DNA from: Schmidtea polychroa
Taxonomy: Eukaryota
DNA length: 64,000 nt
Direction: 5' to 3'
Assembly (NCBI GenBank): GCA_044892525.1
Contig: CM097887.1
Span: 71,176,001 to 71,240,000, forward strand
Positions 1 through 11,769 of this stretch are shown here, in pieces. Each line of letters begins with the position of its first letter. Position 1 is the first letter of the stretch. The notes under the pieces are model-generated. The model was not told the origin of the DNA. It saw only the letters and a list, made by a program, of their open reading frames with translations, and searched no databases. The position numbers and the translations under genes were made by a program.

Positions 1-797
1 AAACAAAAAATGTACTTATAGGATTTTAAACAACACTTTAAGATATTTTTTTAGCAATATAGATATTTATTTGAATTATATTTCAATAAATGATTCGATT
101 ATCAACAAATTTATTATAAAATTTACATCAATCCAGTCAGAGTCAGACTCAATGTTATGTAACCAAAACTTAACAAACTCAAAATTCAAAAAAAAATTTT
201 TAATTTATAGATTTATTCAGCTTAAAATATTGAGAATTAAATTTTAGTTGAGATTTAATTTTAAAATGTTTTAATTTGTATATTTTTGAAAAAATTTTGT
301 TTGAGAAGAAGTAGAGAAAGAAAGACTTTGTTAAATGTTTATTTCTTTTTTAGATCGAAATATTTCATTTTATGAACAAATACTGCGGAATATGGCTTAC
401 ACAGTTATTTATTTGAATTATATTATAAAAAGTGATCCCGCTATTGAAAAATTTATTTTAAAATTTTAATATTGAAAATGTTTTAGAATTGGTCACTAAA
501 TATGGTTTTACTTGAGAATCAGTTTGTTGTCATTCTCATTTAATTGCTGGATAATCCAAATATCACTGATTTGTGTTACATTAATAGAAAGTCGCATTCA
601 AATGAGATTGGGAATTAGTAATAAACTTATAAACAATTTGTTTGATGAAAAATATTGCAGAAAGAAAGAATAATGGATCACATAACTCAAAACCACAGAT
701 TAGACTACTAGGATTTAACCAATTTGACAAGAAAAACACGAATATAATAATATAATATTTTAATTGAGAAAAACAAATAAATTAAATTAATGGCGTG

Positions 798-1500
798 ATT
801 CCCGAGCTTTGACAGGTGTACTTGCAGCCTTTTAAGTTTATTAAATTTATATTTCCAACTCTTTTAGCTTTTCTTACAAGTGTTTTAATTAGATAATTAT
901 TAACGTCAGTGTTTCTGACTCCATGTGTTCTGTAAAAACAATTAGCTAAACATCACTCAACGTATATTTGTATTCAAATTCGTATAATCTACAATTTACA
1001 AAACTCCAAATATCGTAATAAAATGTCTATTCTGACTATTCAATAAGTCTCGCGGTAACCACTTTGGTTCTACACGTTCAACAACAATAATGGCCTCTTT
1101 TATTTACTCCTTTGACTTAGCTTGATTCTTTTATTTCTCTTTCCGCTAGTTTAATCTTCTATCTTCAAATTATTTTCTGTTAAACTCTAATGTCGATTTT
1201 TTTGTCCCTACCTGAAGGAAAATGCCGATTGTTTCTGAATTTGAGCTCCATTATATAATTGAAATAATCGCGCCTTGATTATTGATATTTCAACTATCTC
1301 GTCTCCTTTTGACAAGCTTTGCCTCGCGGCCCTGTTCATCTTTTCTCCTTCTAAAGAAATAATAAAGTGTATCACCGTGCGTCCCTCTTGTGGTAATCTT
1401 TTTCCCGTTTTCCCATTACTCATGTTGCCATGATAAAGTTTCACCAGAATCCATTTAGTTTACATTTTCTTTATTTTTACTTAACTCGGGTTTTCCTTAA
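798..1500 (-). mobile_element. Purine-skewed (minus strand) decayed element, possible non-autonomous LTR-element remnant
   Basis: Strong pyrimidine skew on +; minus-strand TGGTGAAACTTTATCATGGCAA near 1445 resembles TGGGGGAAGATCGTCATGGCAA at 56612. Weak. Confidence 0.3.
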
Positions 1501-1572
1501 TTGATTAATTAATTAATTAACGATTTCCTGTTTTTGTACGTTTTCTTGTACTTCGGCTCTTTCTGAACATAT

Positions 1573-2017
1573 TCTGATGACTCAGTCTATTGCACCACGG
1601 AGTAACATCGTATCGGACGAGTGGCGGGCGTACGCTGGAATTGGTGAGATACCAGGACAAGGTTACACACACAGCACCGTTAACCATTCACAAAATTTTG
1701 TAAACCCTGTTACCGGTGCCCACACACAAACAATTGAGAGAACGTGGAGGGCGGTAAAGGAAAGGAACAAACGACAAAATGGAACTCATAGACAGATGAT
1801 TGACTCGTACATGTGCGAGTTTATGTGGTGCAAACGTGTTATAAACAACAGTGCCGATGTGTTCGACACTATTCTCAACGACATTGTGGTTTTCTGGCCA
1901 CCTGGATGACCATTTACAAACTCTTTACAAACATTTGCTGAGTTTGTAACTGTGATTTAGAAAATAAATATAATAATTATATGTGTTCTTTTTTAATTTA
2001 ATTTTTGGGGTAAGATA
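1573..2017 (+). mobile_element. Merlin (ISXO2/IS1016-like) DDE transposase C-terminal fragment with 3' end
   Basis: ORF 1577-1909: SDEWRAY, YTHSTVNHSQNFV, HTQTIERTWRAVK, SYMCEFMW. 1813-2017 is nearly identical to the interior and right end of the MITE at 45135-45346. Confidence 0.88.
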
Positions 2018-2118
2018 ATTCTAATTATTAACAATATAATGTACACTTAATTCAGTTTTCTTTTTATTAACTTTTATCAGTTCTTTCCTTAAGAAATTAA
2101 TTTTTCCTTCATTTAGAT

Positions 2119-2550
2119 CAATGCTGTTCAAACTGTGTGCTGTGAAATTTTTTTAATAAAAGTCAAAGAAACCCTGTTTTTCCAAACAACTTAATAAAAG
2201 GAAATTGAATTGTGGATATTTTAACAGTTATTTCAAATTTAAATGTTAATCAGCCAATTAAGTGCGAAATTTATTTGTTTACAATCATATTTATATTTCT
2301 TACTAGAAATATTGACTATCTAAAATACGTAAGCAGCTTAATTATGTTTTATGAATTTTTAATTCACTAATTTTTCTAAATTTAAAATTTAAATTTATTT
2401 CAAGTAAATAAGTTTTTCACTTCTTATTAAAAGATTAGTAAAAGTGCAATAAAAAATTGCAGATAAAGCAAAAATAAAAATTTAGGGGTGCCGAGAAAAT
2501 TTTTAATTCAGCCAAGTGTGCCGTGGCTCAAAAAAGTTTGGACAACACTG
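2119..2550. mobile_element. hAT (Buster/Charlie-type) MITE
   Basis: TIR CAATGCTGTTCAAACT / AGTTTGGACAACACTG; perfect 8-bp TSD ATTTAGAT with central TA. Confidence 0.85.
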
Positions 2551-4043
2551 ATTTAGATATTGATTATAACTCAATTTAAAATAACTTTATTTACATCATT
2601 TTTTTATTTTACATCATTATCTAATATATAGTGTAAAATAACTAAATTTTTAATAATACATGTTAAATGTGACACGTTGATTCTGAATATTAAAACAATT
2701 ATATCATTATCAAATAATATCACAAATTGAATGTTTTAATGGTTTTCAAAAATTATTGGAAATGTATGATATCAATATTATTTTTAGAATCAGACAGTTA
2801 ATTTTTTAATAGAGTAATGCCATATCAAAAACATTTTAATAAATAAGTAAATAAATATTTGTGAAGTGAAAATTTCAAATGATTTATTTGTGTAAATATT
2901 TACCTGAAGATGAACTAGGAAATTGTGTAAATTTAAAAGAGGTAACTAAATAAATACAAAACTGAATTGTTTATTTTTTGGAATAGAGATTTAAACTTAA
3001 TTTTATATTTTCAAAATAATTACTGTGTTAATGAAATATTTCTTGGCAAATTTTACCCAAGGCAGATAATTTAATTAACAACGCGACATGTGTTAAATAA
3101 TGTTTGAATTTCTTTGTGGTAAAAAATAATAAACATTAAATCTTGTTTGTATAATATGCTCAATGGCTGCTAGAATAATATGAATAAACAATGGTTTTAT
3201 TTGTTTTTGTTACTGTAATAATAGCACCCTTAAAATGTTATTGGCCCCCTTAATTTGGCTCATTTACGCTGACATCCCTATCGGGTTTAATTTATCCAAT
3301 GATAAAACACGAATATGTGATTATCTACACGTCATAATTATCCGTGAAAACATTTCAACGACTTTTTCAATGCTGTAGATTTTTAAGATAAGAAAGTGAC
3401 TTTCCGAGGATTCGATAGTTCTAAATTTTCTGGGAATTAAAATTTGAAGAATCATTGAATTGAATAAATATTTTACGTGTTGATAAGACGTCGCCAAAAC
3501 TTTTTGATCTTCGACCCCTATATAATTTTTCGAAATCTGCATCGACGCTCGTAAAAGTAATTTTCAGTTAATTAAAATATAATTACATGTTAGCTCAGAA
3601 GTTGCCAAAGTGGTCTACGTAGACCCCAGGGTTTTTATTAAACAAAAGTAGGGGCCGATCTGAACCAGGAGGTTGAAAGGTGGTCGATCGGGGCTCGAAG
3701 GAAAAGCAATTCTTAATACGAAAATCACACATACCTAACTGTGTATGAAATTTTTGTGAATGTTTTTATGATTGACTTAATATCAGTTTCGTTGATGTTA
3801 CAAACGCAAATATCATACGCAGTTTCAGCTATCTTTGCAAATAGTAAACAGTGTTAAATATTTGCAGTGTTATTATTACTACTTTTATAGTATTGGATAA
3901 TTAGTTATAGTTTCTATAAAGTTTTTCGTTTAGTTTAGATATAAATTTATTATTATTGATACATATAAAAAAGGTAAGCATTAATAATATGGATAAGTAT
4001 ATCAACTTATTTTTAACTTATTTATAGAACCTTAATTAAAAAA

Positions 4044-4230
4044 TGGCAACTTCGGTTTCTAAATAGAAATATTGGTATTATTCAGTGGATAATTTACAAT
4101 TTGGATTTTTTTGTTCACCGATAAATTAAATGATTCCTATGTGTCTTCTATGCGAAAAAACTTTGGAAATTACCACATAAACCGTCAAAAATGAAAGATC
4201 ATCTTAAAAGGGTTCAGAATAAAACTTCAA
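4044..4230 (+). mobile_element. Decayed Buster/ZBED5-type hAT transposase N-terminus (BED finger)
   Basis: Frameshifted YSVDNLQFGF...PMCLLCEKTL...KPSKMKDHLKRV. Confidence 0.6.
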
Positions 4231-6437
4231 CTTAATCTGTTTTTGACGTTTCTACTATTTTTATGGTGTACGTTAAATATTTCAATAAAATGAAAGGACA
4301 AGTCATTGATGAATTTTTATTTGTTGAATAATTTGAAACTGGTGGAAAAGGATTGAGAAGTTTTAGATGTTTACAAGAATAATTAAATAAATATGATATT
4401 CCACAAATATAATACACCTAAATCCAGAATATAAAAGTTTCTATAATCTAAAAAAAATCGATAAAATTATACTATAGCAACACACAAACTTACCTGTGTG
4501 CAAAAATTTAATGTTCCGAATGTTAAAAGTTTTATTATAGGAATTGAGAAAGTGACAGAAAAATAATTTTACATACAAACACGACACACATAATATAAAA
4601 TACACGTAAATTTAATATAGCTTTTTTTATTCCGAAAGTAGAAAGTCATTAACATATTGTTAACATATCATTATTTTTAATATATATTAAAATTCATGGC
4701 AGAAAAAATTTTGGATTTTCAATCGCACAACTCTACTTTGAGTTTTCGATAAAAGGACGACAAAACATCGTAAAATCTATTTATAAAATATTTTTGAAGT
4801 TATTATTTCTTTAGATTTTTAGATATTTTTGTGGGAAAAAATTCGAAAATCGTAAATTTTTATAACTTGTATAAAAAAATAATAATTTCAGAGAATTACA
4901 TAAAATGACAAAATTCGCCATATAAATGAGCTGGATAAAGGACATTACAAAAACTTTAAAAACTACTCCGCTTCTTTCTTAAATGTCTTAAAAAAATAAA
5001 TGTTTTTGGTGATTTCTTTATTTAATCATAGTTAAAAATATTAATCAAACTTACATTTTATTGAAATAATTCCAAATAAATTCATAGTTATAAAAATCCT
5101 ATAAAAATCCTGAAAATTAATTAAAAATAATTTATAATCAAAATGTTGACTACAAGTAACATTTAAAAGCTTGAATAGTGATCTCATAATTTTATAAAAT
5201 CAAAATTCAAACCTTAAAAGTTACTTAAATTAAAAAAACTTACTTGTAAAATTGAATAAATGAAATGAAGTAAATAACTTCACATAATAAATTCTCATAA
5301 ATGGTGAGTCATCAACTGATGAACACACCAACGTGTATTATAGAGACTTTTAACATCTGGAATTAGGTGTAGCAGTAACCACAAATGGCTAAATTAAAAC
5401 ATATTGTTCATATATATACATTTTCTTTCAAATATCTTTCTAATCAATAAAAACGTGCTCAAAACTCTCTATTTGGAATAATTTGTGGATCAACGAAATG
5501 CTTCACCTATATATCAAATGCACATTGCAAATGATAAATCTCGAAAAGTTGCTGCTGATTCTCCTCTTCATCCTCAGATCACAGAACATTCAGTCAATGG
5601 ATACATCAAATTCAACAATTACGCTCGGATAATGGAGACTGCACCATCACAATTGCATATTCAAAAACCCGAAATCAGGAGAGTCGTATTCAATGAAATG
5701 TAATGTTATTCCAAAATTCGCAAATACCAAATAAACTTTGTTCGAAGACGTGGAATTCAATAAAAATATTGTACCAATTAGTCTTATGTTCTTGAGCCTA
5801 ATTTATACTTAATGTATGACAATTTATTCTTCATTTGTTAAATAAAATTGTTTCATTTTTTATCATACCTATACATATCCTAAACTCTCTCCAAAGAAAA
5901 TCCTGGATTACATTGTTTTCTTATGAAAAAATATATTTCGTTTAATTTGAGCCAGAACTCAGAATTAAATAAACAACGATTTCTTTTAGTTTTTATTGAA
6001 ATTAGGAAGCTTATATGGGAATTTATGGAGATAAATAACAAGTTATTCAGTCAAATAAAGATAAAAATTATATTTAATTAATTTTTTATTCTAGTTAGTT
6101 TTATATTTCCTAGGATAATTAAAAATGTCTTTTTCTGATGCTGTTTTGGGAAAATTAAATAAGACCGCAAAGATTTTATTCATTTCTACTAACACCTAGG
6201 ACCTAGGTAAAGGAAAACACAAATAGATGCTTATTTTACGATTTTGTTTTCGAAATATAATATTAATGAAGTCTTATTTATAAAATAAATGTATGGCTGT
6301 ATTAAGATATTAATATTAAATAAAGCTGGCACTTTTACTTGAGAGTACAAAAAATGACGAGACACCATAAAGGCAATTTTTGTCTAAAAATAATATCAGG
6401 CATCAATTGTAGGGACACAAAACTAATTTGCATAAAG

Positions 6438-6799
6438 TTTTTATTGAAAACGACATTAAAAGCGATCATATAAATGTTTGCTCCAGCAGTCAATGTTCCC
6501 ACAAAAGCATGGAATTGTTGATGAACTCGCATTTGGGCATGTGACTCCAGTATCGTATGATGTGAAAGTATTGGAGTCTTTATCTGGAATAACTTTGTTC
6601 ATTAACTCCTTTGGCAATCAAAAAGGGATGGGTCAGTCCAGCTTTCGTAACGAACGTTATCATGAAAATCACTAGAATCTCGAATTAGTATTCTAAGGAA
6701 AGTTTCTTTGGTTGAATAGAAGATGTTTATGATCAAGCTCATCAATAGAGAGATCACAGCTAGAAAAACAGAGGTTTTAGCTTCTCGAATGTTTGGCAT
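6438..6799 (-). pseudogene. HSP90: HSP90 N-terminal fragment, copy 1
   Basis: [36 protein letters not shown], then frameshifted IPDKDSNT..YDTGV and LTAGANIYMI. Truncated after about 120 codons. Confidence 0.88.
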
Positions 6800-7903
6800 A
6801 TTTTTTATTGATTTTATGTGAGTTAACGCGTCAGATGTTGAATGATTCATGAATTTTTTATATCGTTTGTTTTTTTTTAAAGAAAAAATTATTTAAACGA
6901 TGATTTTAATTTTTTTAGTTACAATTAATTTAATTTTAATTTAAATAATTTAATAACATATTTTAAGTTTAATTATTAACTTGATATTTCTATTAATGTG
7001 GAAGTCAGAGGCACTATAAATAGCACTGTAATAATAATAAAAATAACTATATTTTTATACGAACTTCTAATTTCTTTTCATTTTCAATTGACATTATATT
7101 TATTAAAAAATTGACTATAAATCAGTAAAGATATTGATGTTTTTTGATTTTCACAAATTTCCGACAATCAAAATCAATAAGAAAAGTTTGTGGCGAAAAT
7201 TCTTGAATATCAAAAACGAACATCGGAATGGACAACAATATTGAGTAAGAGAAAAATATCGAGAAGCCCAAAAAAATTGAAGAAACGTTAGAGAATCAAA
7301 TGAAATTACAAAGACCTCAAACGAGATGTTATTGTTTTGCCCAAAACAACAACCGTTCAAAGTGTCGTCGAAGAAGTTTACCCTTAGTGAAAATACTCAT
7401 TTTATATGAGTGTGGTTATGTAAATGTGGTTATGTGTGATTATGTAAATTGGTTATATAAAAGACAACAAACTTTATTATTTGTTGAGTTTTGTGTTCTT
7501 TAATCAAATGGGCGTGAGAAGTCAGATAACTAAATCTTACAGGAATATTTATTAATTAAAACATAACACATGCATAATAAAATTTCAGAAAATAATCTTG
7601 AACCGCTTGAAATTTTCTAAAAAATCATAATTACGTACATTCAAAATTTTCATTCCTGGCAGAAAACTGTAAATGCTCCATGAAGATGTTAAACAAATTC
7701 TCACTAGTTTTCCATCAATTTAATTCAGTACTAAAGTAATTGAATTATTTTGTTTTAACAGAATATCAATTACTAAATTCTTATTTCAAATGCAAGATCA
7801 TATTAAAAATTTATTAATTTTACAAATAAATTAAAATATACTTTTAAAAGAAATAAATTTCGTTTATTAATAAAAATATAAATTCGAATATATTTCAATA
7901 TCA

Positions 7904-8057
7904 NNNNNNNNNNNNNNNNNNNNNNNNNNNNNNNNNNNNNNNNNNNNNNNNNNNNNNNNNNNNNNNNNNNNNNNNNNNNNNNNNNNNNNNNNNNNNNNNN
8001 NNNNNNNNNNNNNNNNNNNNNNNNNNNNNNNNNNNNNNNNNNNNNNNNNNNNNNNNN
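7904..8057. other. Assembly gap (N x154)
   Basis: Run of N. Confidence 1.
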
Positions 8058-8199
8058 GACAAAGTGCAAACAAAAATTACAGATTACCTCATTTAACGAT
8101 TGAATAAATAATATTATATATTCTTAAATAAACTAAGTAATGGGTCTGTTTTTAGTTTGAGTTATAATTGAGAATGATAAAATATGCGATTTATTTGTC

Positions 8200-9114
8200 G
8201 AGGATACCTGAATAGCAAAAAATTAAATAATGTTACAAAATGAATAAAAATGATCGAGGGAAATTTCCTACAATAAATGATGTCATGCTCTCAAATGCGG
8301 GAAAATGAATGAAGCGAAAAAGATATAGCAAAAAATCAATGAAATCGAATAAGGTCGTTTTTAATTAATAAGTGCAAATGAAATTGAGGAAAACAATGGC
8401 AATTTGGGAATGGAAATCCCTTATCTTCAGAGTTTACATGAGATAATAAATAAATAACTAGAACGGTCGAAAAAATAAAAATGCAAGAAAACGAAATAAA
8501 ATGATATATATTGACAGATGCCAAAGATAATGCGGAAATTAGGAATGTTTAAAAGAATATGCTGGAAAACAAGATAATTATCTACAAGTGTCAGGAAATA
8601 GCAATGTATAAAAGAAAGGCACTAATTGCAAAAGACAGAAGAAAATTGATTCTAGAGGCAGAATTAGAGAAGAGATTATAGAAAGCGGAATATGGAGAAT
8701 TCGAAAAGAGAAGAAGTAAAATTGAAAACGTATTTAATATAAGATAAAACGAAACAGTCAAAGAGAAATAAAAAAAGTAATGTAATTGTCAAATCAATAT
8801 GCCAGTGATGATCAAACTAGCAACCAGAAATTGTTTAAGTCCTAAGTCAAGGAAGGAAAGCAACCGGACCAATAATGCAAGGTGTCAGCCACTAGCAGCA
8901 GTTAAGTGGTCGTATGATTAAAGTGTTTCCAAAGTGTTATTCATCCCGAAGGATTGTAATAGGCACCCGAATACATTTAAGTTGCATTGAGTAACAGGTG
9001 TCCTTTTAACCATTTGTGGTATTTATAGTTTTATTGTTTGGAATTCGTTATTGCTGTTGAATAAGTCAGATAGTAGTTATTGATTTGATAAATCACCGAT
9101 AACTAACTCTAGCA
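8200..9114 (+). mobile_element. Decayed Gypsy-like remnant plus LTR-like segment (~8781-9114)
   Basis: KDNAEIRNV*KNMLENKIIIYK (~8525-8590) resembles RDNAEIQEIKDQINEGKIINIC of the Gypsy at 58650-58720. 8930-9114 is about 70% similar by eye to the reverse complement of 54864-55080. Confidence 0.45.
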
Positions 9115-9228
9115 TATTATTTGTTTTAAATACATGTATATGAATTATATTGTTTATAAAATACTCAATTTCATTTCTATGTGATTAATATTCATAAATA
9201 TATTTACAAAGACATAATAGCTCAGTAC

Positions 9229-9253
9229 CTTGCTCAAACATTTTTTCCGCCAT
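9229..9253 (-). CDS. Candidate first coding exon of a divergent gene (MAEKMFEQ + phase-1 donor)
   Basis: Minus strand AAACATGGCGG start context, followed by AAG|GTACTG. No downstream exon could be joined convincingly. Confidence 0.3.
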
Positions 9254-9259
9254 GTTTTT

Positions 9260-9334
9260 TAAATAAATAAAAAACAATAAAGTTTTAAAATGCCGTTATT
9301 CCACGCAATATAAAAACTCAGAATACAGGTAAGT
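9260..9334 (+). promoter_or_regulatory. Candidate 5'UTR exon and strong donor (CAG|GTAAGT at 9328/9329), possibly for CAPN5
   Basis: Consensus donor; CAPN5 exon 1 has an unpaired acceptor at 20483 upstream of its ATG. Confidence 0.3.
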
Positions 9335-10643
9335 TTGTGTGTTTCAATAATATAAGAGTATTCTTTTTTTATATTATAGATGCTTTTATTCCATGAAAAA
9401 AGGTGTAGTAATTGAAGCATATATTGAAAGAAATATTTTAAAATAACGAATTTTAAAATTATTATTTATTTTCATAAATTAATTTTAAAATTCTCTTATT
9501 ATTTACTAATAAATAATGTAATGCCTACAGAAACTCGCCGATATTTAAATTTATTTTTATTATTATATTAAATTTAAAATTAAATTACATGCCAAATTTA
9601 ATCAGATTACAGTTTGTTTTAATAACAATTTTTTGACAATTTTTTGAATCAGAACAAAATGAACTACACGACTACTTTAATTAAAAAAGCATCAAAAAGA
9701 AAAATTTCCAATTATTTCAGATCCAACATTGCTAGACAAATTCGATAACTACAACAAAAAAGTGAATTCAATTTCCAACGTCGAAAAGAACCACAATCAA
9801 TGCGTTATTACAATTGCCGACTATGAAGCAAAGTTGATGATAAAATATATTGGATTTCATAAAATTTTGTACAACCTTGGAATTATGATTATATTAATTC
9901 TCAATTCATCAGCTTTCTGTGAGGGTAGCTTCCCCACGACAAATAACTTTCATATATTTTTTAAATTCATTTTTTCATAATTTTATGTCTACCAAAACTT
10001 GTCTAAATAATTAAAAAATTAATATTAATAGTATATATTAAATTACATTTAAAAATAATTAGTAAATGATATGAACTATCATTTGCTGACAGTGGATTAC
10101 ATCAATCTCTCCTTTAATTCGGGATTACGTTCTTGGCGAAACCGCATATATTTTAAATCAACCTAAAAATCTTTTAAGTCAGTTGCGAGTGCTCAAAACA
10201 TTGTTTAATACCATTTGCAATATAATATATTAAGAATATATTAGCTTGAATAGTAAATAAATATATTAAATAAAAAAAAATCGAAAGATAAAATAAATTC
10301 ACTCTCTTTACTTAAGTTATGACTTTTCATACGGTTAAATGGGTATTTATACGATATAAAATACAGTATATAATGTCGCTAAAACTATAAAATGATATAC
10401 TTCTCCGATCCGATGTGAGGAATTCACTTGCTTTACTTAAATTTTAACTTTTTATATGGTTATACGAGTATTTATGGTGGCGGGTAATATGGTACGGACA
10501 AAATGGTATGAGACAAAATGGTATTGGATAAAATGATGCAGACAAAATTATTATTTTTCTTACATGAGTTTTTCCTGCTTCTTTCATTTTAATTAAAAAT
10601 AACATCAATAACTCATAATTATTATATAATAATTTTAAAATCC

Positions 10644-11271
10644 AATTATATTTTATATACCATTTATCATTCCATTTCAACATTTTATCAGTCAATTTCA
10701 ACATTTCAAATCATAAACATTTTATACGAATTTATAAAAGTACAGATACTATTCAGCGCTTATAATTAAAAATTAATAAAATACCCCAATGGTTGTTAAT
10801 AATATATCTGAAGCCAGAAGCAATTCAGAAAATAGTTCAAGACCAAGAGTTAAATATAGTAAACTTTCAAACGAAACCCGGAAGAATTTAATATATATGG
10901 ATAAGGAAAAACAACAAAAGAGGCAGCAGAACTGTTACAAATTAATCATAGTTCCGCACGTTCAGTTGTTAGAAATTTTCGTAAGAAGTCATTGATCGTT
11001 CATACTAAATGGGGGGTGGAACTAGATTGCAATTAGGTGCCACTGGTAATTTATCTGAATTAATGTTACTAGAAGTTGATAACGTTACAGTAAATGATTG
11101 TGCAGGATATTTTAGGCATATAATTCAAAATATCATTAACTGTGCGGCGGAATTACCTTATATTCATCAATAAGTATTTTTGTTGTTATTCTTTTATAAA
11201 TATTGTTTCTTATTACAATGTTGAAATTGACTGATAAAATGTTGAAATTAAATGATAAATGGTAATAAAAT
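10644..11271 (+). mobile_element. IS630/Tc1-type transposase N-terminal HTH remnant between ~55-bp inverted repeats
   Basis: KYSKLSNETRKNLI / KEAAELLQINHSSARSVVRNFRK across a frameshift; 10644-10702 is the inverse of 11219-11271. Confidence 0.6.
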
Positions 11272-11619
11272 AGTAACCACTCATCTAATAAAGCAAAATT
11301 TCTAATAAATAATTTTAACATGAATAAATTCAAATTTATGAAATTGCAAACTTTAATGTATTAAAGATTTTTACACTACATTCATGATTGATCATCCGGA
11401 ATTTGTTTCGTTGAGCTTCTATTAGTAAGTAGTGTGATTAATGTTCTTGTTCCATTATTCTTGTTCAGATAGTTCAAAATCTTAAGTAAGTTCTTTGAGA
11501 GTTCAATATATAACCGTATAAGACTGTAAAAAATTCAGAGATTAGGGTAACCTTATATATGTTATCTCTGAATTTTTGGATTTCTACAGTAATATATTTT
11601 GACAAATTTATGTATTTAA

Positions 11620-11769
11620 CCGTTTGTGGACTGAATTAATTTTAATAAGTAGTATTTTAATATATTATTTTTTAGCATAAAATCTTTTAGTATACGAATG
11701 CCCGATATCGTGGTATGAATTTTTTTTAAATTTCGTGGCCAGCATTGCTGGCCTACCGTCCGCAAACGG
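11620..11769. mobile_element. piggyBac-type MITE (150 bp)
   Basis: TTAA on both flanks; TIR CCGTTTGTGGACTG vs CCGTTTGCGGACGG (12/14). Confidence 0.75.

Noticed and set aside
1577-1909. Bacterial IS1595/ISXO2 contamination
   Set aside because: The same family occurs as a TSD-flanked MITE inside a spliceosomal intron, so it is a eukaryotic Merlin.
5440-5810. TGA or TAA recoding (alternative genetic code or selenocysteine) suggested by frames interrupted by only one stop type
   Set aside because: CAPN5 uses ~650 codons with no in-frame TAA/TAG/TGA and ends at TGA; the interrupted frames are better explained as decay or antisense shadow.
7803-8073. ORFs 7803-8069, 7867-8073, 23461-23704 and 26799-27197
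   Set aside because: They are open only because they run through N-gaps (26990-27511 is real only for CAPN5 exon 2; the 3' part of 26799-27197 is pPolB).
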